Assembly (NCBI GenBank): GCA_963803805.1
Contig: CAWDOD010000004.1
Coordinates: 427,108-491,107, forward strand
Direction of reading: 5' to 3'
DNA: 64,000 bases
Source: an uncultured cyanobacterium
GTDB lineage: Bacteria > Cyanobacteriota > Cyanobacteriia > Cyanobacteriales > CAWCAG01
Shown here: positions 1 through 8,350 of the stretch, in pieces
How positions within the stretch are numbered: the first letter of the stretch is position 1
How the letters are laid out: each line of letters opens with the position of its first letter
Notes under the pieces: model-generated
Told to the model about the DNA's origin: nothing
Seen by the model: the letters and a program-made list of their open reading frames with translations, nothing else
Database searches by the model: none
Made by a program: the position numbers and the translations under genes

Positions 1-630
1 CTGCATACAAAATCTAAAGTAATAACTTAGCCAACTTACAATTCCCAGTATTTTAAATCCTTCTTCAACAATATGATGTCCTGGCAAATTACTAGGACCC
101 ATATCAACAATTGTTGAGAGCAAGAAGCAGGCAATAGCTAATAAAATAAACAAAAAATCGGAATAAAAAATTGTTTTCCAGAATTTATAGATAAATCCAG
201 AAATCAGTATTCCATAAAAGATAAAAACCAATAGCTCTGATAGGTTCTTCATTTTTCTGGGTATATCTCCAGAGCCGTACAAGATTAGATAAAAATTTTC
301 ATGAAGCAGAAACAAATCATCAAATAAAAGTAGCATTGATAAAAACCCGGATGATATTAGGAATAAAACTACCCGGCGCTTGCCCCTTGCTTCACCATAT
401 CGTGAAATCAGGAATGAGCTAAACAAGCATATAGTTACGGTTGCACACCAAAATAAATTGCCAATTTGAGATAAGACACCGGTGTAAGGCGCTTGTTGGG
501 CAAAGCCATTGGGATCTGCAACCAGTTGTTCGGGGTAAATACCAGTAGCTTTTGCTATGGAATAAGCTAGAACAATTAAGCAAATAACTGGAAGATAGAC
601 CTTCACTAGAGTTCGGAAAGGGACTGACAT
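1..630 (-). CDS. hypothetical polytopic membrane protein (3' end runs off the window)
   Basis: My own translation of the minus strand. ATG at 630..628 (MSVPFRTLVKVYLPVICLIVLAYS...) stays open in frame to base 1 (210 codons checked, no stop). Several hydrophobic helices. Absent from the supplied track because no stop lies inside the window. Confidence 0.45.
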   Translation of the reverse strand, partial: MSVPFRTLVKVYLPVICLIVLAYSIAKATGIYPEQLVADPNGFAQQAPYTGVLSQIGNLFWCATVTICLFSSFLISRYGEARGKRRVVLFLISSGFLSMLLLFDDLFLLHENFYLILYGSGDIPRKMKNLSELLVFIFYGILISGFIYKFWKTIFYSDFLFILLAIACFLLSTIVDMGPSNLPGHHIVEEGFKILGIVSWLSYYFRFCMQ

Positions 631-940
631 GGTATAGAAAAAACTGTAAACTTAATTTTGTTGAGTTAAACTAATCTTAACGTAACCATAACTTTAGCAA
701 AAATTGCTGTCATTCTTCTTTCACAGAAAATAAAGGAAGAGTTTGTTACTACCGTTGCCCCAAAACTAAGCGTAAAAGTGCTTAAGCCCAAAATAATACT
801 AAGCTTGTTTAGAGAAATAATTAAGTAATTTGAAGTTTTTTTTCTTTTCCTTAATAAACTTTTCTTAACCCTCAGCTTATTTAGTTTAATGAAAAAGTTA
901 ACAAGAAATTAAATTTTGATTAAACTAAATTTAACAAAAC

Positions 941-1672
941 ATGAAACTAGCCATCACATACTTAGCTGTAGCTGTAGGGAATATAGTTTTTTTCACTTCA
1001 CTATACATTCTGTTTCCTACCTTGAGAGATAATCTTGTTCAAGAAGACAAGTTTCTGGAAAATTTAACCGCTTTAGTCTTTTTCCAAGGTTTTATTGTCG
1101 GTATGATTGGACTCTACAAATTCAAGAAACTACCCAATAAAAAACTTTATATTCTCATACCCTTAATTTCTTTGCTAGGTTTTCTAGACGAGTTAAGCTT
1201 TGGTGAAAGAATAGTCAATTTTCAAGCACCTGTAATTGCTGGACAAAAAATAGATGCAGCCCATGATTTTTTTAATTTGTTCTATAAGGTAGGTTACAAA
1301 AAGATCGTCTATCCGCAATTTGTTGAGCCTCTCACAGAGATCTTGTTAAACAACGCTTTCATATTATTTCTTTTAGCTATTTGCTTATTAGGGGTGATTT
1401 TTAAATATAGAAAACTATTGTTTATATACTTAGCATCTCTCTGGTCTAAATTGCAGGATCTATTTGGCAATAAGTGGTGGGCAAACTTACCCTTAAAATT
1501 CTCTCTCGTCGCTCTGATTTTTCTCTTTATTTCTACAGGAATTGAACTTCGCTTGTTTGGCAAGCTTCCCGAAAGGCAATTTATAGAAGAGTTATCAGAA
1601 GTAAATATGGCAATAGGATTTTTGTTTGCTTCTCTTTCTTTATGGTATGGTTCAAGAATATTTAAGAACTAA
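941..1672 (+). CDS. hypothetical integral membrane protein
   Basis: 243-aa ORF with multiple hydrophobic segments and no recognisable catalytic motif. Divergent from the membrane protein at 1..630. Confidence 0.5.
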   Translation: MKLAITYLAVAVGNIVFFTSLYILFPTLRDNLVQEDKFLENLTALVFFQGFIVGMIGLYKFKKLPNKKLYILIPLISLLGFLDELSFGERIVNFQAPVIAGQKIDAAHDFFNLFYKVGYKKIVYPQFVEPLTEILLNNAFILFLLAICLLGVIFKYRKLLFIYLASLWSKLQDLFGNKWWANLPLKFSLVALIFLFISTGIELRLFGKLPERQFIEELSEVNMAIGFLFASLSLWYGSRIFKN

Positions 1673-1856
1673 ACAATAATACTAAACCAAACCAGGCTTA
1701 ATTGCAGAGATTGTTCGTTAGGGTAAGCTAGAGGCCGTACCGCAGCATCAAGGAAACCATTGTATCTCATGTGCCATGTGATTTGTAATTGCTCTATTTC
1801 AGATGGCTTTAGTGCCGAAAAAAAGGTTAACTGGAATTAAAAAAATAACTTAAAGT

Positions 1857-2702
1857 TTAGGACTGCTTGAAGCGATGTTGGCGCAGTAAACCATATTTGG
1901 GGGCAAACACCATAGCAGCAACAAAAAATACTGTTAGTAGTACCACAATGCAACCACCTGTTGGTACATCCAAATGATAACTAAAATAAACTCCTAACAG
2001 GCAAGATAAGACACTGCTAGCAACAGAAATCATTAGCATTCTCTCAAAGCGATCTGTTAATAAATAGGCTGTTGCCCCAGGAGTAACTAGCATGGCTACC
2101 ACTAAAACAATGCCTGCGGTTTGTAGGGCAGTAACAATAGTTAAAGCTAATACTGAGAGTAGAGTATAGTACATAAACTGGGTATTCAAACCAATAGCCT
2201 TAGCATGATTGGGATCAAAACAAAATAACAATAGATCCTTGCGTCGTAAGGTGATTATTATCAAGGTAAGCAACCCGGCAATGAGAGTTTGCAGGATATC
2301 TTGGGGGGAAATCCCCAAAACGTTACCAAATAAGATATGAAATAAATCTATATTGCTAGGAATTTTTGTTGAGAGGACTAAGCCAAAAGCGAAAAAGCCT
2401 GTGAACACTACTCCAATTACCGCATCTTCTTTGAGGCGGGTTTTAGATTTTACATAACCGATTGCTACCGTTGCCCCAAAACCAAAGATAAAAGCACCTA
2501 CAGCAAAAGGTATACCGAGTGCATAAGCTACTACTACCCCAGGTACAACAGCATGGGAAACGGCATCTCCCATCAATGACCAGCCTTTTAGGGTAATGTA
2601 ACAAGATAGTACAGCACAAACTATACCAACAAAGGTGCTTACCCATAGGGCTTTAACCATAAAACCACTTTGCAATGGTACGACAAACCAATCTAATAAC
2701 AT
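1857..2702 (-). CDS. metal (Mn/Zn) ABC transporter permease, ABC-3 family (ZnuB/MntB/TroD-like)
   Basis: 281 aa, about 8 TM helices. Family-typical stretches WSLMGDAVSHAVVPGVV and LVVAMLVTPGATAYLLTD. Starts 18 nt downstream of trpS on the same strand. Confidence 0.85.
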   Translation of the reverse strand: MLLDWFVVPLQSGFMVKALWVSTFVGIVCAVLSCYITLKGWSLMGDAVSHAVVPGVVVAYALGIPFAVGAFIFGFGATVAIGYVKSKTRLKEDAVIGVVFTGFFAFGLVLSTKIPSNIDLFHILFGNVLGISPQDILQTLIAGLLTLIIITLRRKDLLLFCFDPNHAKAIGLNTQFMYYTLLSVLALTIVTALQTAGIVLVVAMLVTPGATAYLLTDRFERMLMISVASSVLSCLLGVYFSYHLDVPTGGCIVVLLTVFFVAAMVFAPKYGLLRQHRFKQS

Positions 2703-2720
2703 CTTTTTCCCCAGGAGAAT

Positions 2721-3725
2721 TTAAAGAGCAAAACCTAAAGCCTTTTTTACCCTAATCAGAGTTGCTTGTGCCACGGTTTCTGCTTTTTGTTGCCCTTCTT
2801 TTAAGATAGATTGCAAATAACCTTTCTCTTCTTTTATCTCTTGATACTTCTGTTGAATTGGTTGTAAAGTAGCAATAGTCGCTTCTGTTAATAGGGGTTT
2901 AAATTGTCCCCAACCCATACCTTCAGCTTCTGCTGCTACCGCTTCTTTAGTTTGATCAGAAAGTAAAGTATAAAGAGTTAAAAGATTATGACATTCTGGT
3001 CTTTCAGGATCATCAAAAGCTAAACCTTTAATGGGGTCAGTTTTTGAGCGTTTAACTTTTTTAGTGATTACTTCGGGAGGATCAAGAAGGTTAATGCGAC
3101 TTAAATCTGAAGGATCAGATTTAGACATCTTCTTTGTACCATCGCTTAAACTCATAATCCTCGCCCCTTCTTTACGGATCAAAGGTTCAGGAAGTTTTAA
3201 AACCGGCTGTTTTTTCTTACCAAAACGGTCATTAATTCTAATGGCAATGTCGCGAGTTAGTTCTAAATGCTGTTTTTGATCTTCCCCTACAGGTACTTTA
3301 TCTGTATCGTAAAGCAAAATATCCGCTGCCATCAGCACCGGATAATCTAACAAACCAACACTAACATTTTCCCCTTGCTTAAGGGCTTTTTCCTTAAACT
3401 GGATCATTCTTTCTAACCAGTTAAGGGGAGTAATGCAATTAAGTAACCAAGTTAACTCACTATGGGCAGTAACTTGAGATTGAATAAAAAAGGTTGAACA
3501 AGAAAGATCAATGCCACAAGCAAGACAAATAGCAGCAATATCTAATGTATCTTCTGCCAGACGTTTAGGATCATGGGGGACAGTAATCGCGTGTAAATCC
3601 ACCACACTAAAAAAGTTTTCATAATCACTCTGTAATTCAACCCAATTACGAATTGCTCCAAAATAGTTACCTAAATGGGGGTTTCCGGTAGGTTGAATGC
3701 CAGAAAATACTCGCTTTTTAGCCAT
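2721..3725 (-). CDS. trpS: tryptophan--tRNA ligase
   Basis: 334 aa. N-terminus SGIQPTGNPHLGNYFGA (HIGH-type class I motif) and KMSKS motif (KKMSKSDP). Confidence 0.95.
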   Translation of the reverse strand: MAKKRVFSGIQPTGNPHLGNYFGAIRNWVELQSDYENFFSVVDLHAITVPHDPKRLAEDTLDIAAICLACGIDLSCSTFFIQSQVTAHSELTWLLNCITPLNWLERMIQFKEKALKQGENVSVGLLDYPVLMAADILLYDTDKVPVGEDQKQHLELTRDIAIRINDRFGKKKQPVLKLPEPLIRKEGARIMSLSDGTKKMSKSDPSDLSRINLLDPPEVITKKVKRSKTDPIKGLAFDDPERPECHNLLTLYTLLSDQTKEAVAAEAEGMGWGQFKPLLTEATIATLQPIQQKYQEIKEEKGYLQSILKEGQQKAETVAQATLIRVKKALGFAL

Positions 3726-3798
3726 GTTAATTTTGAAGTTTACTACTTAATAACTGCCCAAGAATTTTGATTATATCCCTTTTCTTAGGAGTAAACTT

Positions 3799-4293
3799 AT
3801 GTACAGTATGAGCGATGGTGCAAAAGTTGCCAGACAAGCAACCAGAGACATTGAAACCTGGCTGCGGAGTATCTCTCAAACTCTTAGTGTCGTTAACGTA
3901 GAAGATGATCCTCTGTATCAAAAAGTAGATGTAGATTTAATCCTAAATACAAAAAAAGGTTCCTACAAAATTGAGATAAAAGGCGATCGCTACCATAAAA
4001 CAGGCAACTTTTTCTTTGAAACCCACAGTAACCAGGAAAAAGAAACTCCCGGCTGCTTTCTTTATACTGAAGCCGACTGGATTTTTTACTACTTCGTTAT
4101 TCCTGGCACTCTTTACCTGCTACCTATGCCAACAACAAGAGATTGGTTTGTTGCTAACATTACCCGCTTTCAAGAAAGAGCAACCACTACCAAAACTGGT
4201 AACAGTTTTTATACTACCCTAGGAAGACTGGTTCCTATTACCGATGTCCGCACAGAAGTAGAAAAAGTACAGCAATTTAGTCTCCCAAAATGA
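3799..4293 (+). CDS. hypothetical protein with PD-(D/E)XK nuclease-like motif
   Basis: 164 aa. VDVDLIL...YKIEIKGDRY gives a D...E-x-K arrangement typical of restriction-endonuclease-fold proteins. No other motif recognised. Confidence 0.5.
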   Translation: MYSMSDGAKVARQATRDIETWLRSISQTLSVVNVEDDPLYQKVDVDLILNTKKGSYKIEIKGDRYHKTGNFFFETHSNQEKETPGCFLYTEADWIFYYFVIPGTLYLLPMPTTRDWFVANITRFQERATTTKTGNSFYTTLGRLVPITDVRTEVEKVQQFSLPK

Positions 4294-4296
4294 AAA

Positions 4297-4809
4297 CTAG
4301 TCGGGTAAGCTAGACTTAAACTGTTCTAAAGCCATAGGAGTGAGGGTAACTTTAATATCTAATTGTTGCTTCTTGTCTCGCATCAAAAAAACAAAATTCT
4401 CTCCCACTTTATCCCCGACAAATTGCGGATCTTTTAGTTCAATTTTTTGATAAATAAGCTGGGGATTAGCGATGCGGATCACGATTTGAGGCTGAGATTG
4501 TGGATAGACATAAAGTTTCTGATTTTTGGGGTCAAAAGTAAGCTGGCGGGGAGTCATATTACGCTCATCTTCAGAACCAGATTTGCGCCAATACAAAGTG
4601 ATACCACGAACTTGAGGATTTTCAATAGTTAACTTTTCATCAAACTTCTGCTTTTCCCAATTGATATCACTCAGACTGCCACTTTCCGGGATTAATCTTT
4701 GGGCCCAGGCAATCTCTCCTAAGCTTTCCCACCACTGACTAATAGTAGCAAAATTCTCTGCTCCTTGAGGATCATTACTATTAGCCTCCCAAGTAAATTG
4801 CTCTTCCAT
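4297..4809 (-). CDS. hypothetical protein
   Basis: 170-aa ORF, soluble-looking, no motif recognised. Its stop is 3 nt from the stop of the convergent gene 3799..4293. Confidence 0.45.
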   Translation of the reverse strand: MEEQFTWEANSNDPQGAENFATISQWWESLGEIAWAQRLIPESGSLSDINWEKQKFDEKLTIENPQVRGITLYWRKSGSEDERNMTPRQLTFDPKNQKLYVYPQSQPQIVIRIANPQLIYQKIELKDPQFVGDKVGENFVFLMRDKKQQLDIKVTLTPMALEQFKSSLPD

Positions 4810-4895
4810 AATTTTCGGCTCATCAAAAGATTTTTTTAACTTAGAATTATTGCTAGTTTAATCTCTCGTGCTACAATAACAAAGGACTGAAAAAA

Positions 4896-4969
4896 CGGGG
4901 CGTAGCGCAGCTTGGTAGCGCACCACTTTGGGGTAGTGGGGGTCGTGGGTTCAAATCCCGCCGCTCCGA
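4896..4969 (+). tRNA. tRNA-Pro (anticodon GGG)
   Basis: Hand-folded cloverleaf. Acceptor CGGGGCG/CGCTCCG, D stem GCGC/GCGC, anticodon stem CCACT/AGTGG with loop TTGGGGT (GGG, G37), T arm GTGGG-TTCAAAT-CCCGC, discriminator A. CCA not encoded. Confidence 0.9.
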
Positions 4970-4997
4970 CTTAACAAATCGACAAAAAGCACCCCAA

Positions 4998-5040
4998 AAA
5001 AGCTTTCTCATTTTTACAATATGGGAAGGCTTTTGTTTTC
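4998..5040 (+). terminator. possible terminator hairpin after tRNA-Pro
   Basis: AAAGCTTTC ... GAAGGCTTT (9 bp including one G-U pair, 17-nt loop) followed by TGTTTTC. Confidence 0.3.
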
Positions 5041-5154
5041 AAGAGTTAATAGTTTTCTCCTTAGATAGCAGACAACAACTAACCCTTGACCTAATATTAT
5101 GAATATTTAGCCGGATTTAGATATTCTCTTAAAAGGAACAAGCAAGGAACAAGC

Positions 5155-6645
5155 ATGGCATCCATTCGCGAGTTGCACAAACAACTGGTTCGTAAAGAAC
5201 GCTCAGCAGTTGAAGTTACCACAGAAACTTTAGAGCATATAAAGGCCTTAGAGCCGAAACTCCAAAGCTTTTTGTGTATAACAGCAGATTTAGCCCTAGA
5301 AACCGCAAAACAGGTGGATGCGAAAATTGCTGCTGGGGAAGAAATTAGCTTACTAGCAGGAATTCCCATTGGCATAAAAGACAATATGTGTACCCAAGGT
5401 ATTCCTACTACCTGCGCTTCCCAAATCTTAAAAAACTTTGTCCCTGCTTACGAATCAACAGTTACCCAAAAATTAAAGAATGCGGGGGCTGTTATGGTTG
5501 GCAAAACTAACTTAGATGAATTTGCCATGGGTAGTTCCACAGAAAACTCTGGCTACCAAACTACTAGCAATCCTTGGGATTTATCACGAGTACCAGGAGG
5601 CTCCTCTGGAGGCTCAGCAGCAGCCGTCGCTAGTCAAGAATGTGTGGTTGCCCTTGGTTCCGATACAGGTGGCTCCATTCGTCAGCCTGCCTCCCTGTGT
5701 GGGGTTATTGGCATGAAACCTACCTACGGTTTAGTTTCCCGTTACGGTTTAGTTGCCTATGCCTCTTCTTTAGATCAAATTGGTCCTTTAGCCACCTGCG
5801 TTGACGATGCAGCTATTTTATTGGGGGCGATCGCCGGTTACGATCCCATGGACTCCACTAGTTTAAAGGTGGAAATTCCCGACTATAGCAATTTGCTTAA
5901 ACCGAACTTTCAGCCTAAAGGAAGATTGAGAATTGGCGTAATTAAAGAAACCTTTGGTAGCGCCGTAGATTCAGCCGTAGAAGAAGCAGTCAAAACCGCT
6001 ATTGAGAAGTTGCAAGAATTAGGGGCAGAAATTCAAGTAATTTCCTGTCCTCGCTTTCGTTACGGCTTGCCAGCTTACTATATTATTGCCCCTAGTGAAG
6101 CCTCTGCTAACCTAGCCCGTTACGACGCTGTTAAATATGGCATACGCAGCGATGCAGACAATCTCCTTGATATGTATACCCAAACCAGGGCTGAAGGGTT
6201 TGGTACAGAAGTTAAACGGCGAATCATGCTCGGAACCTATGCCCTTTCTGCTGGTTATTATGATGCTTATTATCTCAAGGCCCAAAAAGTTCGTACCTTA
6301 ATTAAACAAGATTTTGAAGCAGCTTTTGAAAAGGTTGATATTTTGGTTTGTCCCACTTCTCCTACCACCGCCTTTAAAGCTGGGGAAAAAACCACCGATC
6401 CTCTAAGTATGTATGCCTCTGATCTGATGACAATTCCTGTTAATTTAGCAGGCTTACCTGCCCTCAGCATACCCTGTGGCTTTGATAAACAGGGATTGCC
6501 CATCGGGATGCAATTTATTGGTAAAGTGCTACGAGAAGATTTGTTACTGCAAGTTGCTTATGCCTATGAGCAATCTACGGATTGGCATTTTAGCAAAGCA
6601 CCTATTTCAATAATGCCTAACGGCAACGGCAAAGCCTTACAATGA
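5155..6645 (+). CDS. gatA: Asp/Glu-tRNA(Asn/Gln) amidotransferase subunit A
   Basis: 496 aa. Amidase signature region [12 protein letters not shown]...[12 protein letters not shown]. The last ~12 codons ([12 protein letters not shown]) and the stop lie inside dispersed repeat copy A. Confidence 0.95.
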   Translation: MASIRELHKQLVRKERSAVEVTTETLEHIKALEPKLQSFLCITADLALETAKQVDAKIAAGEEISLLAGIPIGIKDNMCTQGIPTTCASQILKNFVPAYESTVTQKLKNAGAVMVGKTNLDEFAMGSSTENSGYQTTSNPWDLSRVPGGSSGGSAAAVASQECVVALGSDTGGSIRQPASLCGVIGMKPTYGLVSRYGLVAYASSLDQIGPLATCVDDAAILLGAIAGYDPMDSTSLKVEIPDYSNLLKPNFQPKGRLRIGVIKETFGSAVDSAVEEAVKTAIEKLQELGAEIQVISCPRFRYGLPAYYIIAPSEASANLARYDAVKYGIRSDADNLLDMYTQTRAEGFGTEVKRRIMLGTYALSAGYYDAYYLKAQKVRTLIKQDFEAAFEKVDILVCPTSPTTAFKAGEKTTDPLSMYASDLMTIPVNLAGLPALSIPCGFDKQGLPIGMQFIGKVLREDLLLQVAYAYEQSTDWHFSKAPISIMPNGNGKALQ

Positions 6646-6657
6646 TCATTGATTCAG
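6609..6657 (+). repeat. dispersed ~45-nt repeat, copy A (AATAATGCCTAACGGCAACGGCAAAGCCTTACAATGATCA...)
   Basis: Alignable by eye with 12331..12378, 17306..17351 and 48549..48600, all on the same strand. Confidence 0.55.
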
Positions 6658-6734
6658 TATATGGCTTGCGGTTATTCATTGTGTTAGGTTTTTTGCGAGT
6701 GCAGTTGAGGGCAGTGTCGTAAACTTGATTTGCA

Positions 6735-8282
6735 TTGTACTGGTCAGGATTGATACAAGAAATGGAAGATTGGACTCAGGGTTACGTTGCCGATGTCAGC
6801 TATGACTATAGTTTTTTTCCCGAACTAGCCCCCATTAACATTGCTTTCAACCTTCTAGATAGTCGGTTTTGGCCGCCATCCCTAGAGAAAGTTAACTACT
6901 GTGAGTTAGGCTGTGGCCAAGGGTTCACAACCAATGTCCTAGCCGCTGCTAACCCACAGAGTGAATTCTGGGGACTCGACTTCAATCCCACCCATGCAGC
7001 AGAAGCCCAGCGTCTCGCTGAAGCTGCTAACCTCAAGAATATCCACTTCTGTGATCAGAGTTTTGCAGAGTTTCTCAAAACGGATACGCCTCAATTTGAC
7101 TTCATCACCTTACATGGCGTGTATTCCTGGATTAACGATGATAATCGACGTATTCTTGTTGACTTACTGCGACAAAAACTGAAATTTGGAGGTGCTGTTT
7201 ATCTCAGCCATAATACCCTACCAGGTTGGTCAGCAATAATGCCTTTAAGAGAACTCATGGTGCAATATGCAGGTAGCACCAGTAATTCAAGTATTGGGAA
7301 GGTAGAAAAAGGACTTAAATTTGCTCAACATCTCCAAACCCTTAAAGCTAGATATTTCCTAGAAAATCCTGTGGTTAAGCAAGATTTAAAAGAGATGCAG
7401 GGAGATTCCCGAAATTACCTAGCCCATGAATACTTCAACAATAATTGGCGACCTTTATACCATTTTGAAGTGGCACAGCAACTGGCTGAGGCTAAACTCA
7501 CCTTTGCTACCTCAGCAGATATTGATGATCAATTCCATGATCTGAAACTGGATAAAAGTCAGTTAAATCTTTTGTCAGAGACGACAGATTTAACCCTACG
7601 TCAAACTATCAGAGACTTTTTATTCAATACTCGCTTTCGCAGGGATCTTTATATCAAGGGGCCAATTAAGCTACCAGCTTTGGAACAAGTTGAAATTCTC
7701 AGTAATTTTCGCTTTGCTCTAGTTGTTGATCCAGAAGATATCGAATATGAAATTGACCTTGTTGGTCGCCCAATTAGGCTGGATCAGAAAATCTATCAAC
7801 CTCTGATTGCGGCCCTAGCAGAGCGTCCCCAGACCCTCAGAGAGCTGATGAGACAACCTGCTTTAACAAAGCTAGATTTCGCCTCTATTGTGCAAGCACT
7901 GAAAATATTGATAACCAACTATAGTGCTGTTCCTGCCTTACCAGAGGAAGGGGAAGCGGAGCGGAAAGAGTCTGTAGCTGGCTTTAATGCTGCTGTCCTG
8001 AAGCGGGCTAGGTTTGGGGCCGATACACAAATTCTTGCCTCACCAACGACGGGAAGTGGCATCGATATTAGTCGCTCTGAACAACTCCTGCTGTTGGCTC
8101 ATCTGCGTCAGGGAGATCCGGTGCAGTTTATCTGGAATATTTTGCAGGTTCAAGGAGAAAGGCTGATTAAAGATGGCAAACCTCTAGATTCCCCAGAGGC
8201 GAATCAAGCTGAGTTAAAGGAGCAGATTCAACAATTTGGAAGGACCCGTTTACCCTTACTAAAGCGTTTAGGATTAGTCTAA
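6735..8282 (+). CDS. class I SAM-dependent methyltransferase with C-terminal methyltransferase-regulatory-type domain
   Basis: 515 aa. SAM motif I ELGCGQGFTTNVLA and DFNP. Long C-terminal domain as in PF10119-type proteins. The listed start is TTG; an ATG at 6762 is an alternative. Confidence 0.7.
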   Translation: MYWSGLIQEMEDWTQGYVADVSYDYSFFPELAPINIAFNLLDSRFWPPSLEKVNYCELGCGQGFTTNVLAAANPQSEFWGLDFNPTHAAEAQRLAEAANLKNIHFCDQSFAEFLKTDTPQFDFITLHGVYSWINDDNRRILVDLLRQKLKFGGAVYLSHNTLPGWSAIMPLRELMVQYAGSTSNSSIGKVEKGLKFAQHLQTLKARYFLENPVVKQDLKEMQGDSRNYLAHEYFNNNWRPLYHFEVAQQLAEAKLTFATSADIDDQFHDLKLDKSQLNLLSETTDLTLRQTIRDFLFNTRFRRDLYIKGPIKLPALEQVEILSNFRFALVVDPEDIEYEIDLVGRPIRLDQKIYQPLIAALAERPQTLRELMRQPALTKLDFASIVQALKILITNYSAVPALPEEGEAERKESVAGFNAAVLKRARFGADTQILASPTTGSGIDISRSEQLLLLAHLRQGDPVQFIWNILQVQGERLIKDGKPLDSPEANQAELKEQIQQFGRTRLPLLKRLGLV

Positions 8283-8350
8283 TTTAGTTCTTGGTAATAC
8301 CTGAATAAATTTGTGGGTTACTGATATAGAATAATAGATTAAAAAACAAC

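Noticed and set aside
8283-8350. glmS ribozyme at the glmS gene
   Set aside because: The ribozyme would lie in the 5' leader (10253..10423 on the minus strand). That region is AT-rich heptamer-repeat sequence with none of the conserved ribozyme core, and the element is not known from cyanobacteria.
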